In this document: positions 54,801 to 64,000 of the stretch, in pieces
Layout: every line of letters starts with the position of its first letter
Numbering within the stretch: the first letter of the stretch is position 1
Program-made: the position numbers and the translations under genes
Notes under the pieces: generated by a model
Database searches by the model: none
Seen by the model: the letters and a program-made list of their open reading frames with translations, nothing else
Told to the model about the DNA's origin: nothing
Assembly (NCBI GenBank): GCA_030141605.1
Contig: JAQGDQ010000223.1
Span: forward strand, 62,001 to 126,000
DNA from: Tubiluchus corallicola
Taxonomy: Eukaryota > Animalia > Priapulida
Reading direction: 5' to 3'
Length of the DNA: 64,000 nucleotides

Positions 54801-55161
54801 ATTTTCAAAAATCGCGAAAGCACCAGTAAGTTACATCAGCAGATATCGTATACCTTCCCCTTTGAAATGCAGGTTGCTGTGTTCCAGTTTTAGCGATTTT
54901 AGTGATAATGGTTCTCAGTTGAGAATTTCTTAAACTATCTTTGCACGACGAAGCTTTAATTTCAAAGACAGCGTGTTAAGTAACCTTGGCCTACATCAAT
55001 ACAAAACAATTTTCTCGTACTTTGTATTCAGCCACAATACTGCCAAAATAGAATTAGCAAAGAAATTTAAAATTGGGTATAACAGACAAAATGTTTGCAG
55101 AAAAACTGTCCTTCCGTAGTGTGGAAAGAATGGTACAGAAACAGAAATAAATGTAATTTGG

Positions 55162-55783
55162 TGTCTGGAATAATTTTTATTCAGTAAACAATAAATTATA
55201 AAAAACAGTGACGATGATATTGATATTAAGAAGTGCAGGCTTGTTGAAAATATTGAACTGCTGGAGGCTCCTCTCCACCCGGGGGTAGTTCGGGCCTGCA
55301 GGTACGGAGGCGAGCAGCTTAATAATGATTTTCACATAACCACAATTAAACAAGACTGAATTGGATAACGCCGAAGATTTAACTGGAAAGAGATTTAAAT
55401 ACTGCAAGGCCTAAACTAACTATGACAAGATTTTAAACAAATTAAGGAAAAACAGAATAAAGAAACAAAGTGGATAGACTGATACCTAACTTGCCATATA
55501 GCGAGTAGTAGGAGAGCTCTAAATCTGATAGAAGAAACACAAGCACAAGAACCACGAACTCTGCACAACCCAATTACCACTGTAGCTCCAAAGTACAGCA
55601 GGTTTCTACCCTCCTTTTATAACCTACCCTAAACTAGCGTAAATGTCAGAAATAGAGCCAAAATCAAACCTGATTGGTTGAAAGCAAGAAGGTGCGAAGA
55701 TTTAGCCAATGAGAACCGAAACATTTGTAAAAGAATAATTTAGAAGACTTAGGTATGAACTACTGGTACTTTTAGGGGTGACA
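55162..55783 (-). mobile_element. Possible solo LTR
   Basis: The minus strand starts TGT and ends ACA, with CCAAT (~55675), TATAAAAG (~55618) and AATAAA (~55178) in LTR order. No TSD found. Confidence 0.3.
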
Positions 55784-57111
55784 TGCAACACTAGTTTGGT
55801 AACCATTCTACACTTTGGAATAAAGATAGAGATTGCAAAGTGGGCCGCCCAGGCGCCTGCACTATAATACCATCTTCATTCTTTACTGGTTAGTTAAACG
55901 TCAGTGCAACCCTTTCGGGTTCCAAATCAACTCATCTTCAAACTATAAATGGTGGACGGTCTCATTTTCGTTCTGGTTACTATTGTTAGATTGTTTTTAA
56001 TATTTATTTATTTTTATCAATGAAAGATTCAATTTTATCAGCGTTTATGTTATTTATAAATTCAATTTGATTTGTAGTCTGAAGATTAATTGAGTTGTAA
56101 ATCCAAACGTCACAATGAAGTTTCGCGAGCTGTAGAAAAAAAAAACTATTTTCCTTCCATATAAAATTTCTATTATAGAGATGGCACTTCTATGCTTCTA
56201 AGTCAATTGCAAACCTTTTAGACAGTTGTCCGCAGTGTTGCCGTGGTAGTATGTTGTCATGCTATTTCAGTCATTCACGGAACTTATTTTGTTGCACGAA
56301 AAAATCAAAAGTTGTGCGGTGTTGAGTTCCGCATTTCAAAATGGAGTTTAAAGTTCCGAGGTGGATTTGTACTTTTAATAAATTATACGATTTCCACCAT
56401 ATAAAACGTACGAGAGTTTTACTTAATGTAAAATTTAGTTTTTCTCTAACAGGCCAAACTACTGATGTAATTTAAGATATTCCCAAAAGCACAAATAAAT
56501 AAAACGTAGAAGAAAATGAGATAATATCACAGTTTTCAGTGGATGACAAACAGTTTTAAAAATTTTGCCATGTTTTCAATGTTCAAATACCGAAGTGCTT
56601 TAATATCTTTTAGTGGCGTGGTGCCATCTGGTTTCAATCAAATACACTACACGTTCGCTGAAGCCATGTGGCCTGTGCTGCTGCTTGATGTCGTTTCACT
56701 GGTTGCATAACGAAGGTACATGGCAGTAGAAAGTGTGGGCGCAAAGTAGCGCCACCCAGTGAACAAAGCAGTAAACATGTTTCATGCAGCGAAGCAGCTG
56801 CTCAGTTTTACAGTCTTGCATATTTGCTACGGACAATGCTCTGAGGGTTTTACAACCATTTTCATTAAGCTGCAGTTTTTCTCGTTTCACTTTGTTGAAA
56901 TAGAAGTGTACTCAATAAGAACTACAAAAGGCGCAAACACAATTATTCGATTTCACGCTGGAGTTAAGGTTCCGGCTCAGGAACAGGTTCAGCAGAAAGC
57001 AGAAGGATAGAAGGAATTTTGATATGCATGAACAACAGGAGCAGGAGAGAGAAAAGGGGAGAGCGAGAGATAGATAGATAGGCAGGCGTTCAGACAGACA
57101 GACAGAAAAAC

Positions 57112-57130
57112 AGAGAGAGAGAGAGAGAGG

Positions 57131-57218
<88 letters not shown>
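57112..57218. repeat. (GA)n microsatellite
   Basis: Seen directly in the sequence. Confidence 0.97.
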
Positions 57219-57222
<4 letters not shown>

Positions 57223-58206
57223 GCTAACGCTGTTTATTTAAAAAAACTGAAGATGCCTTAATAGACCTGCAACGCACGTAGACCTAATACTGGCTTCAAG
57301 CAGTGCTGAAATCCAGGGTTAGTTGCTGATAAGCTGAAGCCATTTGCTACCTAAAGCGTTTATAGCCTATTATCGATTACCACGCGCAGGATTACGCAAT
57401 AACAACTTAACGCACTCTTATTACGATCAACGTCAATAATAGATGGAATATATGTTTCCCAGGCATAGAAATTGATGTTGTGCTTGCAAGTAGTATCAGC
57501 AAATTTTGCTATGAGTACTTCCTTTTATTTGCAACAAAGTATGTACGTATTGCTGCCATTTAAAACTGTTGGCAAAAATAAAAGAAAACAACTGACATCA
57601 AAAAGGGCCACAAAATAAGAATTAATGTAACAGGGTAGAGTGGAACATACGTCACAAGTATGCAATACAAATAAGTATGCAATACAAATTTACAGCGCAA
57701 TTACATTTCCTGTTTTCATTTTTAGCATTGCAGTTAATTATGGTTTTGTACCATCGTTAATAAATACCTTAGGATTAGTTATTTACAAAAATTTCAGGCT
57801 CAAAATTAACCTAAAGTAAAGGAAAATATTCTGTTTAGCTATACTCATTCGTGTATAAGTAATCTAACACAGGAAATGCTGAGAATGTGGATAATAACTT
57901 TAAACTACCTTTACCACCGTGGAGGTGACCTAGAGATCTGAAGCCCATTTCACAGTGAGGACGCAAGGAGAGTAACACACGGAACTGCTATGAGAAAGTT
58001 CTATTTTGTACGGCGTGCGCCGGCCGGCCAAAGCGTTTCATCCAATCAGAGATCAGTATTCTAGCATTGTTTTTTTACCTTTCCCGCTACTTGTATTGGG
58101 ACACGATATGCATAATTAAAAACGCTGTACTAGGCCACTAGAAGAACAATCAGTTTCAGAGCAGGGAGTGATGAATATGTCAGAGCAAGAGTTAACTTTC
58201 AAGTTC

Positions 58207-58656
58207 ATAATATCAAATATCTGTCTTTCAAAATTGCAGTTACAGCTCGACACGTTACTGGAACTAACTGGCCAATAGTTGTTCTGTGAACGCGAAATAT
58301 GTACTGCACGTCAGAAAAACTAGGTCCTGTAGCTAAATAACGTAGAGTAACGCTAGGCGTTCTGCAGGCGATATGCAAGCTCTCATGTTTGTGTCCTGTT
58401 TTTTAATTTCCACACTGACCATATCCACTAATTCAGCAAATGTCTCATTATCCATTCTTAGAAAATTTCTATAAGACCAAGGATCCCTATCCCTGAGTTC
58501 ATTCAATAAATTTAAATATGCAACCTGAAAAACATGTTGCTGTAACCACTTTTTTGTCCAACAAGTACGATTTTTGCGTTGCCTTTTCCTTTTTAATCTA
58601 CGTAAAGCCAATATTGAAATGGCAACACTTGCCGGACGCAAATTTTCGATGTCCAA
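58207..58656 (-). pseudogene. PIF/Harbinger transposase N-terminal fragment, frameshifted
   Basis: CWTKKWL..LLNELRDRDPWSYRNFLRMDNETFAELVDMVSVEIKKQDTNMRACISPAERLA, then in a shifted frame TLRYLATGPSFSDVQYIFRVHRTTIGQLVPVTCRAV. This is the typical Harbinger/HARBI1 N-terminal signature. No DDE domain follows. Confidence 0.85.
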
Positions 58657-58982
58657 TTCTTAATTAACTGCAATGTCTATATAGACCTTACTCCACGCTC
58701 CAGTGACACAAAAGCTTTAAAAAACAAGATAATCCACCAAATAATTGCTGATTATAGATCTAATTTTCAACATAAAACACTATCCAGAAGTACCAAAACT
58801 AAATGGCGACAAAATGTTTGCTTGTACGGCCGTCATTACTGCCGTGCTCTCTTCTACACAGTGTATCAGTCGCCGGCCGGCGTTTGCCGTGCGGCCATGT
58901 ATAGGGCGGCCGTGTATCATTGGCTTTAGCTGCAGCTATTTTGCGAGTTACAGGCATGTACCTACATGTATTACTCGTCAAC

Positions 58983-59190
58983 ATGGACAATGAAGACGAG
59001 GACTTGTTTTTGTTGAGTGCTTACTACTACTGTATTACGGTAGTATTAATTGCTGTAGTTATCGGGTGCACCCAATTAACGAAACAAGCAGCACCGTGTT
59101 ATCATCAGTTACACTTTTCGACGAGTTGTTAGCTTTGCTACAGGATTCGATTATAAAAAAATGTAAATTTCAGAGACTACGTTGACCCTC
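58983..59190 (+). pseudogene. Second, heavily decayed Harbinger transposase start
   Basis: MDNEDEDLFLLSAYYY, then in other frames YRVHPINE (compare WVHPIN) and TLFDELL. Confidence 0.45.
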
Positions 59191-62112
59191 TAACCTTGTA
59201 ATTTGATATTTCATACTGTTTCAAATATCTAAATGTCTAAAATTAAGTTATAGTTGTCGTATTTCTCATATACAAATCACAAAATAATGTTAGTCAATGT
59301 AATGTCAGACCTGTTTGTTTTTTAGTAAACTTCTACTAATCACTTCATCATTTGAGAATATACAGATAGAAAATAAATATATGGGAGCGTTATTTTTCTC
59401 TTTCACCAATATAGGTTCATTAATTAATAAAACACGAAATCGTTTGTTTGTTAAAAGAGAGATTATATTTTATAATCTCATACTGAAATAGGTTAATTGT
59501 TGTTCGTTAAACATGAGAGAAGTAATTGAGAAATAATAATAATGACAAATAATATTGAAAAAATAACAGAAAATGAGGGTTTTACGCAATTTAAAAGGAA
59601 AAAAAGTTGTGGAAAACAAGGATAGAAGTGACGGATAAAAGAATGTTCAAAAAGATAGGAAGAGTGGCTTGTGAAGATTCAACTCAATGAGATCACGGAG
59701 CACGCTGGGTTCTACTCAAAAAAGAAATAAGGTTATGACTGGTGTTCACACAGGAACAATAAGTAGTTATTGAAACTAATTATATAAGCAGCAAACGGAT
59801 GTCGTTTAACTGACGTTTATCGTTTATTTAATAGATAAATATAAACAAAAGTAAAAAGGTTAAAAAATAAACATAACAGATCATGACCACGGTTGTACGC
59901 AAACTGTCATGATTATGAAACTTAATATGAATATACCAGTGCAGAATAAAAAACAAAATATATTGTATTAATGCAAATAGTGATATGCTTATATGTAAGT
60001 CTATATACTTGTACCGAACTATATCCATAAACACACGGATACATACATATACATGCACGTATATATACATAGAAACACCTAATAATGTACATATGTGCAT
60101 TCACACAATTCACATGCACGCATATTGACACATACACTGCATTTATACACACATCTGCACATACATATTTCCATGCTCCGATGCATACATTCGTCCATTC
60201 ATTCAGCCACGCACACATGCATAAGCAAGCATGATTATCAGTTGGTTCAACATAGACATGGTATGTGAGTTATCGTAATAAAACAGCATAATAGGCCTAT
60301 GTACGCAGCGACACTTGTTGAACAAATGCAAAGCATCAATGGGAAAACAGCGATCACAGTAAACGTTCAAAATATTACATAACTAGATAATATGGTAAGT
60401 AAATCAAGTATGGGTATTAAGTGACTGGTATACGTAATACAAGTGTGATACACTCCTATCACAAACGGATGCATACATATGCGTCCACATCAACGCAATT
60501 CACGCACACATCAAAACATAAATAGACGTGTTTATCAGTTGGTTCAAACAAATAAACGCAATAATTCAAGCCATCTTTCAAAGAACCAGCAGAGTATATG
60601 CCTGTGAGAAAACAACATATATTGCAATTTAAAGAAAAGAACAAGGCACTAAGATAAAAATGAAAACACATTGCATTAGTGGAGAGAATAATCAGCATAC
60701 CAAACTATGCTTATTTGTAGATCTCTAATACAAGTACACGCGTATCACCCTCACCTTAACAAAAAACAACAAGTCGTCGTAATGAACAGCAAAATTTATC
60801 GATGCCTTAAATATAGTGACGCGATATGCAAGTTATAGTAACACATCATGCTAAGTATATATCTATAATAAGTTCACAGGTGGTAAAAAGTAGCAACACA
60901 GTTAACGTAAAACTCAAAAAAGTTAACAGAAAAAGTGGTGAATGTATCGCGTATACTAATTTTATACCGTACGTATGTATATCATAATTATTATGTGTAT
61001 ATATGCGTATCTAGGCTAAACATACTGTATACACACAAACATAGTTACACAGCACTCACACGCACAAATATACATCCACGCATACATAAATGCACATGCA
61101 AATGTCCAAAAGTTCAATCAAGTGCTGGTTATGCTGTGTTGTGGTAGAGAAAGAATCCAGTTATTAACAGAATAGGTAAGGCTATGATGGGCTTCTTAGC
61201 CGTTATAACATTCACAAGTAGTGTTATCTATGAGGAGTTGTTATAATAGGAGGGTATATTATGCTAGGGTGTCAGTCTAGCAGGAGCCAAGGTACATAAC
61301 TTGTCTGTAGCCTCTGTACGCATATGTTTAACCAAATGAATTTGATAGAGAACTTTTTTTGGGGGTTGTTTAGACTATGGGTATTAATTTGGAAAAGAAC
61401 AGACTGACTGAAGCTACACAGGTACACACGATGGATACAAACTGTACACTGAAGTTTAATCAATGTTAATGAACTTAAGCAATTGAAAATTAATGGTTGC
61501 TGCCTAGAGTCCGTCCGACAATAGGTATTAACCAATAAGTTATTACATTAAGCAGTTTTCTAAATTAAACAAGGCACATGATAAATACAATATAGATCTA
61601 ACTATACGGGGTGTGTTAAATAACATATAGTTTTTAACAGGTAAAAGTAATAGCTTACATTTACGTCGATTTTGAAGCTAGGCAGAGTTGGTCACAATCT
61701 TCGTCTCTAAATTGCGTTCATCGTTCATGGAAATCTGCACGAAACGTTGTAATTATACTGCTTTCTGAGTACAGAGTTTTATTTTACACCAGAGACAATA
61801 ATTATAAATTGCGTGTATAAGAGCGCAGTATTTAACTACATTCCGCTGAATTCCTGATTAAAATTTCATGCATCGTAAAGCTAATTAGAAAATTTCTGAA
61901 AGATGAAGATGCAATAAAGTTGAAAATCTTGTACTGCATGCCTGGTCCTGTGTAGTTGGTTTGAAGAATCTTTCAAGATCTGAAACCTAAAAACCGACTC
62001 TTCTATCCATGTATACTACGGTGAGCCTTGACGAACATGTCCGTGGTCAAACTGCCTAGGTAGTTTTTCGGCCTGGTATACGCTTCGCGTCGTTTACATT
62101 TGGTTGTTTTAA

Positions 62113-62520
62113 TAATAACGTAACGTAACGTAACATAACATAACATGATACAATATAACATAATACAATGTAATACAATATAACACAATACAATACAGTG
62201 CAATGCAATGTGACACGACACGACACGACACGACACGACACGCTACGATACGATACGATACGATACGATACGATACGATACTATACGATACGATACGATA
62301 CGATACGATACGATACGATACGATACGATACGATACATACGATACATACAATACAATACAATACAATACAATACAATACAATACAATACAATACAATACA
62401 ATACAATACAATACAATACAATACAATACAATACAATGCAACACAATACAATACCATGCAACACAATACAACACAATGCAATCAATATAATATAAAATAA
62501 TATAATAAAATATAATAATA
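62113..62520. repeat. Compound pentanucleotide satellite (TAACG/TAACA/CACGA/TACGA/TACAA/TATAA)
   Basis: Seen directly. It explains all the overlapping ORFs here. Confidence 0.97.
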
Positions 62521-62639
62521 ATCTTTATTTAAAGTCGGACTTTGAGATAAACAATTAACAACTAAAGAGCTTTCTGACGACTGTAAATATCAATTTACAA
62601 CTACGTAAATGAGACATAATTACCACACTTCTACACTAA

Positions 62640-62757
62640 ATGCAACGCCGCAGGCAACCTAAGGAAGGGTAACAACAGGTGCTATTTTTAAAGTTTTTGG
62701 TATGACCCGGCCGCAGTATCAAACTCACGACCTCTCGACGGACGCGTTACCACTAGT
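62640..62757 (-). mobile_element. tRNA-derived SINE fragment
   Basis: The minus strand reads ctagtggtaacgcg..gaggtcgtgagtttgatac (degenerate A/B boxes), followed by gggtcataccaaaaactttaaaaat, a core I recall from aquatic-animal SINEs. Confidence 0.55.
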
Positions 62758-64000
62758 CTATATCTCATGTTCATCATAAGTAAGATAACCTCTTCGGTTC
62801 AAAAATTGGCCAACAATATTGTATATGATGCAGCAATTTGCTCAATTTGTCCAAGGACAATGCTAAATCAGAGGAAACAGACATCAGTGACCTTCACATT
62901 TCCCTACTTCAGGATAAACAATAGTAACTGAATTATTCAACGGTCACGATAAGTGTTTATAACAAGCAATTGCTCATGCTGTTTTTTAATTCTGTATATT
63001 TATCTATTATTTGAATATATTAAAAGCACCATTATGGTAAACAACAAAGCAGGCGAAAAATGTAATAGGCATAAAAATTATTTATAGACTACATGAACTT
63101 TCATAAAGATAGAACCCCGGAGGCGCTTTTTTTCTAGAAGTGGGCTATACAGGTAGTCCTATCAACTTGACTACACTGAACCGAAAAAACTGTTGCCAAA
63201 TAAAAAAGTCAAAACCGCAAAAATAAAAAAAATCGCCGCTAACGTTTTGAAGAACAATGTAGATTAAAAGTAATTCCCAGATAATTAACATTAAGACGCA
63301 ATTATGACATCTGTTCCAGGGCAGTTGAATCTGAGAAATCCATTTCTGTTTCTTTTATTTCGAAAATGGTCACCGTTTTCAAAATGGCCGTCACACATAA
63401 ACGTAATTATGTCATTCATGCAACAATATTAACTAATTCACTTAAAGATTTATTATAAGAAAAGAAAGCAAATTATTTTTATAAACTTGACCTTGCTGAA
63501 TCTAACAAGCTACTACAAGGACCAGAAAATGATGCAAAGCAATTTAAACAGTCTTGTAAGCAAAAAATAAAAATAATCACAGGGTTGCTGACGTATACTA
63601 TATCTACGAGATCGTTGAAAAACTCGCTAATTTCGTCTGAAAGTTATGAAATTTTGCATAATGCCAGAACCCATAATCAACCATAATGGGTGATTAATTT
63701 TGGATACGAGGCCTTTGGAATACCGCTCAATATGGCTGTCATTTCCAAAATAGTCTACAAGATGACTGTTGCTACTTTTTAAAAGCTTGTGGTGGCTAAA
63801 TTTAGGTTTTCAAGGTGCAGAGGTCCGAATCTGATGCTTAAAAACACCTGTGACATCAATTAGGATTTCAAGACGACTGCCAAGAATATTGTTGAGGAGA
63901 CGACCAAGAGGTCCAACGTTCAAATCTGGATCGTCAAATGTTGTAGATGAGAAAATAGACAAGAATTATTAAAATTTAAACAGAAAATTAAGGTGAAAAC

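Overview
AT-rich, intron- and repeat-rich nuclear DNA from a non-vertebrate animal (inferred from a KChIP gene, spliceosomal GT-AG introns and invertebrate-type transposons). I assembled three spliced genes by hand, and every exon phase is compatible. (1) NUS1/NgBR: minus strand, 5 exons, 263 aa, ending EQRFGK. (2) Head-to-head with it, an 8-exon, 459-aa radical SAM gene on the plus strand carrying the motif set of the ArsS/DUF3641 family (arsenosugar biosynthesis C-As bond-forming enzyme). It has a transit-peptide-like N-terminus and one GC-AG intron. (3) A KChIP/calsenilin-type neuronal calcium sensor on the minus strand with candidate alternative first exons. The rest is non-autonomous Helitrons, hAT and Tourist MITEs (including a triple nest), foldback elements (one with a Penelope-type minimal hammerhead motif), decayed LINE and Harbinger fragments, SINE heads and microsatellites. 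The standout is the intact intron-containing ArsS-like gene in an animal genome. It hints at host-encoded organoarsenic (arsenosugar) biosynthesis. Family assignments come from motif recognition, not database searches.
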